DNA of 63,806 nucleotides, filler included, from Dicyema japonicum (taxonomy: Eukaryota > Animalia > Dicyemida), in NCBI GenBank assembly GCA_011109175.1. It is 5 parts of 5 records of this genome, joined end to end, with 100 filler letters (N's around TTAATTAATTAA, not from the genome) between each part and the next. Parts side by side here need not be neighbours in the genome. Positions count along the whole stretch, not along the records: positions 9,342 to 32,413 come from RDEW01000021.1; positions 32,514 to 59,435 come from RDEW01000034.1; 3 more parts are not named here. The stretch is one strand, 5' to 3'. A program made the position numbers and the translations under genes. The notes below the pieces were generated by a model. The model saw only the letters and a program-made list of their open reading frames with translations, did not search any database and had not been told where the DNA came from. This document shows positions 23,632-37,168 of this stretch, in pieces; the first letter of the stretch is position 1, and each line of letters begins with the position of its first letter.

Positions 23632-24731
23632 TTTCAATCAGTCGAAGAGATGGACGACGAAGATAATTCCCTTTTGAAGCTGGGAAATTTCAAGTCTGGA
23701 ACGTCACTAGCACCGACACGTTTGCCACTTGCAACATACTCCAGAGTGCCTCTGGAGCCTGTTCTGTTGTCCACGTGGTTGTTTGTGTATGTATCCCAGA
23801 CATTGATGCGTGTTATGATACTTAGTGCCAAACATCGAATTTGTAATGTCTCATAAATTTATTAATTAGGAACGGGAAGTCAGGGCCATCACAAGAAGAT
23901 GAAGACGTGAGGTTCAGTAAAAATACGCATATTGGTACTAAGTTAGTCACCACCTCTACCTTCCGATCACTACACTCGTATTTTATAGAACCCTTCTGTA
24001 ATTTAGAGTATAAATAGGGATGAATATTCCCAGATACTCCACACACCTCACTGTTATACTTTATTAGTACATTTACTTTGAAATATAATCCCTGACACTT
24101 TTTTGTGTAAAAATAATGAGAACAATTAGAAAGTAATTGTTTTATTCCGGTTGAATTTATTGATGAGGTGTTTCCCCTATGGACTGTTATGGAGACAAAC
24201 TGGATGACTCATTCCGTTTCACAGTCATCGTGTCTTCTAAGCGAGGCCATACGTCCGAATTTCTTTAGGAAGATCAGGGATTTGAAACTTATTGCTGCGG
24301 TTGATTTAACAAAAATCGCATAGGAAGGTTATCGATCGAGGAGTCTTTTGTACTTGTTTTTTCGGCTTTCTCTGATACAAAAATGCCTTTATCACATTTT
24401 CGATGATGTTGATGGAGGGGAGAGAGTCGACACATTTGCATCATATTCTAACGGTTTCCACTTTTCGAACGAAAAATTCTTATTCCCTTTAGTCGCTTTC
24501 CGTTTTCTCTGTCCAGGGCTGTTAGTTTCAATATGGATGGGCAACCAGCAGACTCCAAAGATCGCATCACAATTCCGTTAATCGTCCACCGCTTCTTCTG
24601 TAAGAAAGGAATATTCAGGGATCAGACTTTCTTTAAAGCTGTCAAAAATCCGCCAGTAAAACAATGTTGTTTGCAATTGAGGGAGAATATATTAAAGTCA
24701 TCAGTTACATAAAATCGCTCAAGGTCAACCT
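23632..24731. repeat. Composite module, copy B: antisense CRE-RLE piece (+, ~23640-23770), host-like exon (-), CRE-RLE C-terminus (-, ~24160-24640)
   Basis: Plus strand F.AGKFQVWNVTSTDTFA. Minus strand GIVMRSLESAG...LDRENGKR..GIRIFSFEKWKP...CVD... and a RRHDD.ETE..IQ.VSITVHRG motif. Other copies at 9826-10555 and 30915-31790. Confidence 0.8.
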
Positions 24732-25429
24732 AAGGTAACTTTGATGCACATACGTACTTCCTTGACGACCCAGGCAGTCCAATGGATAGATTCAAAAGTT
24801 GGTGCCCCATGACTAAAGGACGTGAAAAGTAAGATCAACCTACTCTTTGTAGACCAAGGGAGTATAGTGCTCGGGAAATGAAGGACATAATCTCTCTAAG
24901 AAACACCCATGAAAACTTTGTATTCTACAACGACAAAAGGGAGATGTTCCTTATCACAGATGACAATTGGAGATTTTAAGACCATCTATGGACTTGCTTG
25001 CTAATTTTGTTTTTGACGTTTAACAACGTGTTTTTAAGTTTATTAAACAACTTGGCTCTTAATATTATCTGGTAGATTTGGTGGACATTTTCCATCCTTG
25101 TCTCACCTTCCTTGTCTTGACTTTTTCCCAAATCAAATAATTACTTACGTATTCCCATAGATTCTCGAATAAATCTGTTGCTGATAAGGTCATATTTGTA
25201 AGTTCTTTTTTCAGTGATACCTATGAAACAACCAATAACTGCTGACACAGGACACTCATAACCAGAGCTTTTCAAAAAATAATTCTCACGGCACACTAAT
25301 CGTAAAAAAAATAATCCACGTCACACATTAAAAAATAAAAAATTAATTTTTAAAGATGTGTAAAACTAAGTACAAAAATTGGTAATTTAATGCCAAAATT
25401 TTTATTAATAAAAAAATGAATTTTTAATT

Positions 25430-26353
25430 ATTATTGTTTTTGCATATATTATCAATATCAGGTCGAATGGTTAACAAAGGCACTCGCATTTCAGCACAAA
25501 TCCGACGAAAAACAGTGTTAACTGACAAAGGTATCTTCATTATTTATTATTGTTTTTGCATATATTATCAATATCAGGTCGAATGGTTAACAAAGGCACT
25601 CGCATTTCAGCACAAATCCGACGAAAAACAGTGTTAACTGACAAAGGTATCTTCATTATTTTTTGTTCATATTTATGACCAAACATAGTCCGAGCAATAA
25701 TACGACAAGCAGGGATTATCAAGTTTTCGCCAATATTGTGAGGTTTTAGTTGTTTTGCTATCACTTCTGAGATCAGGTATGAACATTTCAATGATTCCTT
25801 TGTGTATAAAAAAGTTTCACTGAACATCATTTGACTAGATCTACGATTCATAGTAAAAACCAAATAATACTTAAGTTGTTTTTTTCAAATGGATAAAATA
25901 ATCCACAGATCTTTCGGAATAGTCCGGATGCTTGGAAGTAAAATGTCTCTTTAGTTTGCTAGGAACCATAGCATCACTTGCCAAAAATCCATGCAAATTA
26001 GACATTGAGGTAGTTTATTTTTATCTTTGCATATACATCCAAATGACAAATAAGAATCTTTATAAGAACGACAAACTGACATTAAAATTAATAAATAATG
26101 GTTAACCAATGTAAATGTCATTTTATTAAAAATTAATAAATAATGGTTAACCAATGTAAATGTCAATTTATTAAAAATTAATAAATAATGGTTAACCAAT
26201 GTAAATGTCATTTAATGTATAATAAAAAAATGATTATTTTAATTTTAGTAATTATTTTAATTCGTTTATCTATTTAAATTAATTAGGTCAAAAATGTATA
26301 TAAATTTATTCAAATTTGTATTTGGCAGGCGGCACACCGTTTAACAACCTCTG
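25430..26353 (-). mobile_element. 5' part of a hAT (Charlie/ZBED5-like) element with TIR
   Basis: TIR-like CAGAGGTTGTTAAACGGTGTGCCGC at 26353 (minus strand). Transposase LPQCLIC...SYLISEVIAKQLKPHNIGENLIIPAC...MFG...KIPLSVNTVFRRI. Confidence 0.8.
26081..26214. repeat. Three tandem ~45-bp units in the hAT 5' region
   Basis: AAATTAATAAATAATGGTTAACCAATGTAAATGTCA occurs three times. Confidence 0.9.
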
Positions 26354-27989
26354 CTCATAACGAACTGATCTCAATCGCTGTTACCATAAACAACATTCCT
26401 TACACAATCGACAATTTTTATACTCCTCCCAGGCAAACTACCAAAAGGCTACCTCCCCTAACTATCCGGCGTCTCCATCCCGTTAATCGATTTCAATGCT
26501 AAGATAAAACTCTTACATTCTTGTGGTGTTACTATAATAAAAGAGGAAAATGATTGACGACTTCCATGGACATTTTAATTGTGACTTTTACAAAACAACA
26601 CTACAGGCCGTCCCACAAGATCGACTGGGTTCAAAAGATGTATGTCAAACAGAAAATTTTAATTTTTAAAGTAAAAATTTTTTTTAATTTTTATAATTAG
26701 TTGAATTTTATTAAATATTGAGTTTGAATGTCAATATAATAGCCTATCCTCTTGATATAAGAGGATAGTATTAAACACCAGGCTTAGGATACACTAAGTT
26801 TTTGTTTTCTCAGTACTAACCTACAACTCTGGAAATTAGGGAATCCCTAAACGGGAAATGGATCGTCTTGACTCTTTCCACAGAGCTCAGCTCAAATCGG
26901 TAATCAAGGTAAATTATCCAGTGAAGATCTCTAATGCAAACCTTTATAATAAATGAAAATCCGAAGTGCTGTCAGATGATTTTTCAAAACAAGATGGAGC
27001 CTATTTGGCCACTTGTTACGTCTAAATACCAGGTCCCCGAAAATGTCGCAATCGACAACTACTTTCCATACACAAAAGCCGGATTCCTTGAAAGGCCAAG
27101 ATCGACACTTCCGACAATCTTGAATGAAGACCAATCGGCGAAACTAACTTCGGCCTGAACGACTAAGGAGAACGCGCAACAGAAGATCATTGTCGAGGCT
27201 GAGGATAATTGGGAATATGGGACAAGGGAAACTTAACTAATTGTATGTTTTCTTGGGAATGTTTTTTAATAATAATCTCTTGATCTATATTGAAACTCAA
27301 AGACATTGCTTCTTTTTTATCATTCTTTTAAGCTGAGTCGCACAATGACCGCCATCGGGAGCAACAATTTTGAAGGGCTGATCTCAAAAGTTTTCGTTCC
27401 AGTATTTTGTTGTCTTCAAGGGCGTACCTGCAAAAACACAGTATTGACGATACAGTAAGACTCCTCTTAACCGCTAATTTTGAAAATTTAAAAAACCTGT
27501 TGTTAGAAGGAGTGATAAAAAAACCAATTATCGTGTGTGTTGTTAACCAATTTCTTTTCTTCAAAGCTTTTGAAATTTGATTTAACCCTTGCATTCCATT
27601 TAAATTATTCAGGCTATTTAAAATATTTTTTTCAATACTACAAGAGCCGAATCACATTCTTTCTTAATTACCACATTAGTATCATCTTTCTCTTCGACCT
27701 CCCCTATATTTACAAGGTTTAAAAAATTATCAAGTTTTTCATGGCACATATTAGTTGCCTTAATTTGACAATTCAGCCGTTTCTATTTTAATTTTTTCTA
27801 AGAATATCTTCCTCCCCAAATTCGATTTTCAAAAAATCATCTTCTACCATGAGATCTGATAAATTGGAGCATAAAGCAAAATCATTATAATTCTCTACGT
27901 TGTTGATTATTAGAGAGTCCATATTGCATTTGGCATTATTAGAACATTTAAAATGGCTTCTCCATAAGATTCCATGTCAGCCCGCTGTT

Positions 27990-29066
27990 GTCGTTAAGAC
28001 TCCAAAACAAGACAGTGTCTATGATGTTGGACGGGTGGAGTAATATTCATAATGATCCTGTTATTTATCTGTCAGTAGTAACATCGTATTGAGAAAGATA
28101 TCTATTTGACACTGTAGACACTTCTGGATATAGCCACACAGCGGAGTATCTTCAATCTATTGCTTTAGCTTCTGCAAAGTCCGCCGAGCAACGGTTTGGA
28201 TGTAAAATCGGGAGTCTTGTAAGGGACAATGCTGCCAACATGACTAAAATGAGGCGGATAATGATGCAGATGACGATGAAATTATTACATATGGTTGCTA
28301 GGCACATTATCTTAATTTTCTCTCAAAGAATGTCGAAGTAGCTGGCGTTAAAGAAACCAATTGCTGTCGCTTTATACAAAATTCAAAATGATTCTACGAC
28401 GATTAGTCATGCTGTAGAAATTTGGAAAGAACTTGAACAGACTTATATTGACTATAAATTACGACTATTTTAGAAAAAGTGAAAACTCGAGCATATCAAA
28501 CATTAACATTTTTCCACTTACTTGCGAATCTAATGGACACACACGTTGTGGGCGATCTCTTTCAACTGCTGAGATTGACCTCGCCTTGGAGTAATGTGTT
28601 GAACATTATGAATAAGCTTTTCCGACTCTGATTAATTTCAGAGCAAAAGCTGATCCATTCAAACTATACATGATCGCACCGAAATTATTGAGCAAAGTAT
28701 CATATATAGCTTGGAGGGAGTCGAACTCTTACCAGTTACCTTCTGAAGTAATTTCACTCTGCAAAAAAATTCTTTGAACAGTTGCTTCTACAGGTGGAAT
28801 AGAACGAATTTTTTCGACTTTTGGATTCTTACATTCAAATGTTCGAAATAGGCTGGGAATCGAAAAAGCTGACAAACTTGTCTTTGTTTACAAGATTTTA
28901 AATAAATACAATTTCCATTGTTTTTATTTTTATTTTACTTTGTTTCCAAATAAAAATCATTTAATTCAAAAAAATCTTATTTAAATCAAAAAATCCTTTT
29001 TAAATCAAAAAAATAAGATTTGTTTCGAATTTTTTACATTAAAATCATGATTTTTAACAATTCCGG
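27990..29066 (+). mobile_element. Degenerate hAT transposase with 3' subterminal repeats and probable TIR remnant
   Basis: DGWSNIHNDPV, DTSG.SHTAEYL, LVRDNAANM, YGC.AH and ASTGGIERIFSTFGFLHSNVRNRLGIEKADKLVF, followed by TTAAATCAAAAAA repeats and AAATCATGATTTTT. Confidence 0.8.
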
Positions 29067-29179
29067 TGTGACTTCTTTTGTAGACGATCCGTTTCCGCAG
29101 TGAAATGTTCACCGATGAAGGCGTCACTCGTCAAGCCGCGAGCGAAAAAGGTTGTCCACCCCTGCCGTAAGGTATTGAG

Positions 29180-30100
29180 GTTTAGTGTTCTCCGCAGTAA
29201 CTAAGTGGACGTCTTTTTCGACGATATCAAAAGAATCCTGAGACATCGATTTTGTAAAACCTCCAGCTTGCTCTGTGCCGATATTAATAAGGGGGCAATC
29301 CATGAAGAACAGGCGTACTCGAAACTAGGCAGAACAAATTGTTTGCATAGAAGCTCTCGCAATATGCGGGACGATACTGGAAAGTGAGTGAAAGCCTTGA
29401 GAATTCCAATTTTCTTTTGGATCCTCGCGTTTACTAGGTACACTTGATGGGTAAGTGTGAGTAGGGAATCCAAGATGACTCCAAAGATTGAAAANATAAG
29501 GGGGTAATCCATGAAGAACAGGCGTACTCGATACTAAGCAGAACAAATTGTTTGCATAGAAGCTCTCGCGATATGCGGGACGATACTGGAAAGTGAGTGA
29601 AAGCCTTGAGAATTCCAATTTTCTTTTGGATCCTCGCGTTTACTAGGTCCACTTGATGGGTAAGTGTGAGTAGGGGATCCAAGATGACTCCAAGGATTGA
29701 AAACGTCATCTTAGTGGGAGGCGGGGAGTCGAAAAATGTTATTCGTCGTGTTGTCCGTAATTCTTTTCGTGCTGAAAAAAACGTCATTACATGTGACTTT
29801 CCAGGTGATATATTCAGAAGGTTCTCAGGAACCAAAGACCCATCGGGTTTAATATATCTTGCTTAGACTGTTCGCCTCCGCGATTCTTTGATGTTTCACT
29901 GCAACCACTAGGTCATCCGCAAACAATAAAAGAATTGTGTTTTTGGTGGTTGAGGAAGGGAGGTCACTGAGGAACATGTTGTTGAGCAATGGTGATAACG
30001 GTGATCCTTGTGGAACTCCATTCGGAAAAAATCGCTGTTTTGATTTTTGGCTGTTTGCCATCTCTTGGTCCATTCGACCGTAGATGAAGTTAGCCAACCA
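29180..30100 (-). mobile_element. Jockey/I-like LINE RT and C-terminal region, degenerate, with an internal duplication at n29495
   Basis: NGVPQGSPLSPLL.NMFLSD...LLFADD...LGVILDPLLT...FVLPSFEYACSSW...LEVLQNRCLR. Confidence 0.85.
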
Positions 30101-30914
30101 TGATTTGAATTTAGAGTGGATCGACGTCTTAAAAATTTTAGCAGTAAGGATCTTCCGGGATCTGATTCAAAAGCCTAATCTACATCCACTGAGACCAGCA
30201 CGATTTTCTCCGGCCGTCCGAGATGAATTGAACCAGTTTTGTGCGAGAAATAATTTTAAAAATCATATCGGTCTTAAAGGAGGACGGAAACCCGCTTAAC
30301 CTGTCCTTTTCCAAGGAAAAAGAAAGTCGATTAGTTAATAATTTATCCTCCCCAATCTTATTCCTCTGAGGGATGTTCTTTCTCGTACGGTAGTGGGACC
30401 AATGGGAGACCACAGAAGTTGGATGGCTCTTATGATTTCGGGAACTGGGATACTTAACTGTCTGACGACAAGGAGGCCGCTGTATGACTATTGACTTACT
30501 TTTATTCCTTAATAAGTAATTATTTAAAAAAAATATCCCGTAATCTAGGGGCAATAAATAAATTTTATTAATATAACAAATCGTTTAATATAAAATAAAT
30601 TTATTTTTTTAAATAGACTCAAATTTAACTTAGGTTAGGTAGGTTGAATTCTATCATCTAGAATGAACGATCCATAATTATTCAACTTATATTAACCATA
30701 TGCAATGTAAACCCACAAGACGTCATTTCAAAAGTCAAATATTGGTCTGAGAAGATACATCAGCGACTTGTAGATCAAAGACAGGCTAAATTTACTGTCT
30801 CTTCCATCTCAAGTCAATTCACGGCAAACGGACGTACCCCAGCATGCATTGACTATATCATTTCTGAATTGTAAAAGTACTATTTGGTAATCCGCGTGGT
30901 TCGGGTACTATTTT

Positions 30915-32413
30915 TTTTCAATCTGTCGAAGAGATGGGCGAGGAAGATAATTCCCATTTGAAGCTGGGAAATTTCTAGTCTGGAACGTCACTAGCACCGA
31001 CACGTTTGCCCCTTGCAACATACAACAGAGTGCCTCTGGATCCTGTTCTGTTGTCCACGTGGTTGTTTGTGTATGTAACCCAGACATTGATGCGTGTGAT
31101 GATACTTAGTGCCAAACATCGAATTTGTAATGTCTCATAAGTCTATTAATAAGGAACGGTAAGTCAGGGCCATCACAAGAAGATAAAGACGTGAAGTTCA
31201 GTAAATGTAGGCATAGTGGTATTAAGTTAGTCACCACCTCAACCTTCCGATCACTAAGCATGTATTTTGATCGAACCTTTCTGTAATTTAGAGTATAAAT
31301 AGGGATGAATATTCCCAGATACAAAACACCTCACTGTTATACTTTATTAGTACATTTACTTTGAAATATAATCCATGACACTTTGTGTGTAAAAATAATG
31401 AGAACAAGTAGAAATTAATTGTTTTATTCAGGTTGACTTTATTGATGAGGCGTTTCCCCTATGGACTGTTATGGAGACCAACTGGATGAGCCATTCCGTT
31501 TCACGGTCATCGTGTCTTCTGAGCGAGGCCATACGTCCGAATTTCTTTAGGAAGATCAGGGATTTGTAACTTATGGCTGCGGTTGGTTCGACAAAAATCG
31601 CTTAGGAAGGTTATCGATCGAGGAGTCCTTTGTACTTGTTTTCTCGGCTTTCTCTGAGGCAAAAATGCATTTATCACATTCTCGATGATGTTGGTGGAGG
31701 GGAGAGAGTCGACACATTTGAAACCATTTAACGGCTTCCACTTTTCGAACGAAAAATTCTTATTCCCACTAGTCTCTTTCCGCCTTCTGAGTACCGAAAC
31801 GCTCTTAGCCCTGAAAACGATCTCAGAATTGCACTAAAGAAAAAAAACCACGTTTCAAAGAATTAATTAAAACTAAAAAGCAGGTAAAGTCTCAAGGAAT
31901 CTAACTATTTTTTGAATATAATACGAATTCTGGTAGATTTAATATCGGGGGTGCGAGGTTGGTTTTTAAAATTTTTGGGAATGCGAACTCAAAACGAATC
32001 GGGAAGCGCTGACATAGTGCATGCATCAATATGCTTTGGCTTGACGAGTGTTACCGTCATTTGTGAACTTCACTGCGAACCGGATAGTCTATAAAGAACA
32101 TGCACCCAAGAAAAAGAAAGCTATGATAACTGTTCTTTGCTTAAAATAAAGTGTGTGTTCTGCCTACGAGGAGCGATAACAGATATGGCTCCTCGGAAAG
32201 TGCGAAATTCATTGTCATTGATGGTCGATTATACCTGAAAGACGAAAAATTTAAAAAACACATACTAGTTGTTTGCATGGATAACGAGTCTGAAATGCGA
32301 ACTGTTGTGGAGTCTATCCATAGAAATAGTCATTCGGTGATTCGTAAACTGCAACAAGAATGTTTGCACTTTTATTTTTCAATAAAACGAAAATTATTGA
32401 AATTGTCAAAGAG
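30915..32413. repeat. Composite module copy C plus duplicated flank (hAT end, SINE-B tail, integrase 5' part). Duplicates ~9826-11945 with ~740 bp deleted
   Basis: 31050-32000 matches ~9826-10800; 32001-32413 matches ~11538-11942. Deletion junction GCTGACATAGTGC|ATGCATCAATATGC. Confidence 0.85.
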
Positions 32414-32513
32414 NNNNNNNNNNNNNNNNNNNNNNNNNNNNNNNNNNNNNNNNNNNNTTAATTAATTAANNNNNNNNNNNNNNNNNNNNNNNNNNNNNNN
32501 NNNNNNNNNNNNN

Positions 32514-33185
32514 TTTTGTATAGGTATCAATGTCCCTTTCCCCAGTGGTAGGACAGAGTTGGATGTAAACATTCCATTTAACAATGTCGCAATGGTTTCG
32601 AACAGACGCATAGGTCCATATTTCAGCAGTTCGGGAGGGATGTTGTCTGGTCCAGCGCTCCTGTGATTCTTTAGCTTACTGCACGCACTCTGAACTTCNN
32701 NNNNNNNNNNNNNNNNNNNNNNNNNNNNNNNNNNNNNNNNNNNNNNNNNNNNNNNNNNNNNNNNNNNNNNNNNNNNNNNNNNNNNNNNNNNNNNNNNNNN
32801 NNNNNNNNNNNNNNNNNNNNNNNNNNNNNNNNNNNNNNNNNNNTTCGAATAGACGCATAGGTCCATATTTCAGCAGTTCGGGAGGGATGTTGTCTGGTCC
32901 AGCGCTCCTGTGATTCTTTAGCTTACTGCACGCACTCTGAACTTCCTTAGATGTGATAATTGTTTCCAGCATCCGCGGTTCTCCGATGAAAGGGGCCAGT
33001 TCTTGGCCGTTCGCATTGAATAGTTTTTCAAAATGGGCAGCAATCAATTCGATCTGTTCGTCTGGTTTTAAGATAAGTTTCCCCTTCCCATCCATAACAT
33101 GTACTGTCGCTTTTTTCTTTCCTCGCATTAGTCGGACTGCAGCGAACATTTGTGCATTGTCCTTTAGTTGCTCCAGCTCTCTAAG
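32514..33185 (-). mobile_element. RTE-clade LINE fragment (linker and RT N-terminus), with a duplicated segment across an N gap
   Basis: MFAAVRLMRGKKK...IAAHFEKLFN...ITSKEVQSACSKLKNHRSAGPDNIPPELLKYG...LGKGTLIPIQ. Confidence 0.85.
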
Positions 33186-35899
33186 ATGAACATACTCTCT
33201 ATCACAATTGTGTCAATATAAATCAACGTAAGTTGGGTTCCATTTTCAACTTTCAGTTCAGAATAATTTCCGTAAAACTCTTTTATATTAATTCTCCATG
33301 TTCTCATATAAAATGGGATGCTAACATGTAGTTCTGTCTTATTGTATTTAGTTTGTAGCACTTGGATGAGTATATCGCTTAATTATTATTAATATTATTA
33401 TCGCATTCCTTTAATTCTGTAGTCACAAAGTGCTGTCATATGCAGGCAGAGAATTAACAACGACCAAGATGAGGACTTTGATAGAGCGAATCGGAATCAT
33501 TAATATTATTATCGCATTCCTTTAATTCTGTAGTCACAAAGTGCTGTCATATGCAGGCAGAGAATTAACAACGACCAAGATGAGGACTTTGATAGAGCGA
33601 ATTGGAATCATGAAATAGTTCGTGCTTGGACATTAATTAATAACATTTTCCATGTCTTGGTACTTTGGTTAAAGATTTATTTTCCATCATATAGGTGATA
33701 GTATTGACCCTTCGCCCACTTACAAAAACAAAAATCGATTCAGCAGGATTTACTGGATAACAACAAATGGATTTAACACCTAAATTAACTACTGGATTAC
33801 ATGGATGAGAGGTAAGTAACATACTTCTGGAAGATGATTACATCGGGTAGGGTTGATCAAATTTAATTATTAAGCTAATATTGTTAAACATAAAATATTG
33901 CCAACTCTCAGAAAAGCCGCTAAAACTAGGGTCAACGATTTTCACGTCAAATCATGATAGTTCAAAGAAAGCAGCAGAGATCCTGAACAACTATTAATTT
34001 AAATTAATTTTAATTTATTCAACCAAAACCACCGTCAAATCTAAAATAACCAAATTTCAGGTGATCTCAGCTTCCCTCAACAATCTCCGCATCTTTTATC
34101 GTTGTTCTGACTCTGTCCCTGCGCATTCTTTTGACATGACGAGTCTCCACCGAAATTGTGCCCGGATGTGTAGAAAGAGCCGTCCAGGGGAACTTCTCTG
34201 GATGATCGTTGACAAATGGTTTTTTGGATACATTTTGACTTGTATCTTACGTTACCAGACATGGCAACCACATGACGAACGTTAATTAATGGAATTAGGA
34301 ACAGACGAAAAAAACAGAAACTTTAAACAGATAGAACGAAGCATCACATGGCGTTACGTGGCTTTTTTAATCTATTCCAAAAAAGGAAGATTCGATGATG
34401 TGAACAACAATTCCTATCAAAAATAAAGAGGAGGTCCGAGTTCAACTTTCTTGGAAAAAATTATTATATTTTTACTAACATTGATGAGTAAATTTAATAA
34501 AATATTTATTTAAAAATATAAATTAAAATTTTTTTTAACTGGTCGACCATCATTAATTTATTATACACGTTGTCATTGGTTCTCGTGGGCTTTGTGGTTG
34601 TGTTTTGTATTTTCCTGTACGTTTCTTCAACATTGAAAGTAACAGTTTTATCAAATTTTTATTGGATAAATATTTGATTCATCAATAAATTGTCATTATG
34701 TTTTTTTTAATTCTGAAGAAATGATGTGGATGTACAATTCCCTCTCTAAATGGTCTAGGCGGTGTTCACAAAAACATTATGATTCCTTGTTAATTTTATA
34801 TTTATTAAAAATCAATTGCTGCATCGATGATAAAAATACTATGATTTGACTTAATGATGTATTCCAATATTTACTACATTTCCCAACCATTTGAGCCGAT
34901 ACATGAATTCAATGGACGAATACTCCATTTTTTAACATTCATAAATCCTTTCTATTTTCCTACCCAAGATCACTGGACTTCCGATGCTTAAGAAAGACAT
35001 TATAAAGATAGGTTGAAAATAGAAAATTTCTAAGACTCTAAAAGCTACAATTTCTCAGTCAAAATTACAGTTATTCTCAAAATATTATTATTTCAAGTTG
35101 TATTAGAATGATGTTTTGTGAGTGAAATAAGGACTGTTCGAGATTTTCAGACAAATCAATTCTTCCTGCATTGTGTCGTTACTTAATGGAATATTGCTTA
35201 GTAATTCAGTAGATTTCCAACCAGAATATTTTTATTAACAATTTGCGCGAAAAAGTACAGATCTCTCAGTAATCAGGATTACCTATATAAATTAAAATAA
35301 AGAAAATCCGGTGGTGGCCATGATTTCTGCAACTTTTTTTTTCCTGAAGAGTTTCAGGATTTGTCGCTATTAGTTGAGTTATTTTTGTAGTTTTTCCTTT
35401 GGCTTTCAGAAAATTTCAATATCTTTTCCTATTGAGGATACTTGCTTTTTGGGTGTTCTAATAAGCGAGATGGCTTCATTGTTCCTTCATAGACCCACGT
35501 AAATTAAGTGGATCCTTTGAATTTTGAGTAAAACCATACGATAAATATTTCTTCTTCAACATTCAATTTGAAGTATTGTTCATTATGCAATTTATCCTTG
35601 GCTATCAACTTGTATTCCGTCATTGCTCCATCAAGTAATCTTCCAGTGAAACTGCTTCTATTTGGACTTATGTTCATTTTCCAATGTATCATGGGATTAT
35701 GCCAACTTGAATCTGATCATTTCTCAAGTTCTCTTCAAATAAACTGTTTTGTTGCTTTGAGGAAAATTATTAATGGCACTTTCATTAGATATTCAATGAA
35801 GGACCGAGGAGTTACTATTTGTTCTACAGCATCTATTTAACGCAAGTATCAAGTGTGGGTATGTTCCGGATTGGTGGAAGAATTCTATAGTTAAGATAG

Positions 35900-36707
35900 T
35901 CGGTCTTTAAACCTGCTTTACCCAGGAGGGACCTTGAATGCCACCCTGGGCGGTGTACTTGAAGAATACATGCGGACTAACTTCCGGTTACGTCCGCATG
36001 GTGAAGACTTCGCACGGATTCCAGGCTTGATTTTGAGAAAAATAACACTTAGAAAGAGGTACTTGCGATTCCGTGCGAAATGCACCTACGAGGAGAACAG
36101 GATCTTCTATCAGAGGAAGGTGAAAACGTTGAGAAGGGAAATCAGGAAGGCGCTCGTTGACTTCCAGAGCGACAAATGGAGGAAATCTTGCGAGAAGGTG
36201 AACCCGGCATGGCCGGACTTCTGTAGTCAACTGAATCGCCTGTCGGGGAAAGGGGAATAGTCGTCTGCGCGTACCTTGTGTCGTGCGATGGTTCTAAAAC
36301 CTCGGACCCGGCTGAAATAGCGAGCATTTTGCAGGTACCTTTGGAGAAGTCACTGCAGTTCGACCGGAGAAATTCGTCGAAATGTCTGCTCGACAAAGTA
36401 TTGAGGATGTCATCTCTACGGAGAGGCGCAAGCGAAGCTACTCTCGGGGGAATCCGAACATGACATTTATAACTGAGGAGGAGGTCCGGAACGCGATAAT
36501 AAAATCGAAGAACAACGCACCGGGCCAGGAAAATATATCCATGGCCCTTTTCAAGATAGGACCTACAAGTCTTCTGGCGACTTTGGTAAGGTTGTACAAC
36601 GGTAGCTTCAGGTTGGGTTACGTTCCTAGGCGTTGGAAGGAAGCGGAACTGGTTTTTGTAAGGAAACCAGGAAAACCTCCTGAAGACCCTAATAGCTACC
36701 GCCCTAN
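35900..36707 (+). mobile_element. Jockey/R1-like LINE linker and RT N-terminus
   Basis: ITEEEVRNAIIKSKNNAPGQENI...LYNGSFRLGYVPRRWKEAELVFVRKPGKPPEDPNSYRP. Confidence 0.85.
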
Positions 36708-36709
36708 AA

Positions 36710-36981
36710 TAAGCATGTCCATCATGGAAGTTTGCGATATACTCATCCAAACGCAACAAACTAAATACAATAAGACAGAGCTACATGTTAGCATCCCACA
36801 TTATATGAGAACATGGAGAATTAATATAAAAGAGTTTTATGGAAATTATTCTGAACTGAAAGTTAAATATGGAACCCAACTTACGTTGATTTATATTGAC
36901 AAAATTGTGATAGAGAGTATGTTCATGAGATATTACACAGACCAACCTCCATCGATAAAGATTCTTCATTTATTTAAATAA
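36710..36981 (+). other. Unassigned coding-like segment present twice (second copy at 33185-33365, minus strand)
   Basis: TKYNKTELHVSIP.YMRTWRINIKEFYGNYSELKV..GTQLTLIYID.IVIESMF is open and conserved in both copies. Confidence 0.5.
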
Positions 36982-37168
36982 TTTATATATAATATAGATC
37001 CTAACAAATTTGGTCGCAAAAAGAATAAGATTTGAAAGCCATGTTGAACCGATTACCAGGTATAAGATCCTTAAATTGAAAAGATTATTTATTCATTATA
37101 AATAATATAATACAAATTTATAAATTCAAATAAAAAATTAAATTAAATTTATATTAAGGTCATCAATT

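Noticed and set aside
25951-26211. ORF with repeated TFTLVNHYLLIFNK
   Set aside because: It is a translation of the 45-bp tandem repeat in the hAT 5' region.
26081-26214. CRISPR-like array
   Set aside because: Contiguous tandem units with no spacers, in a eukaryotic transposon context.
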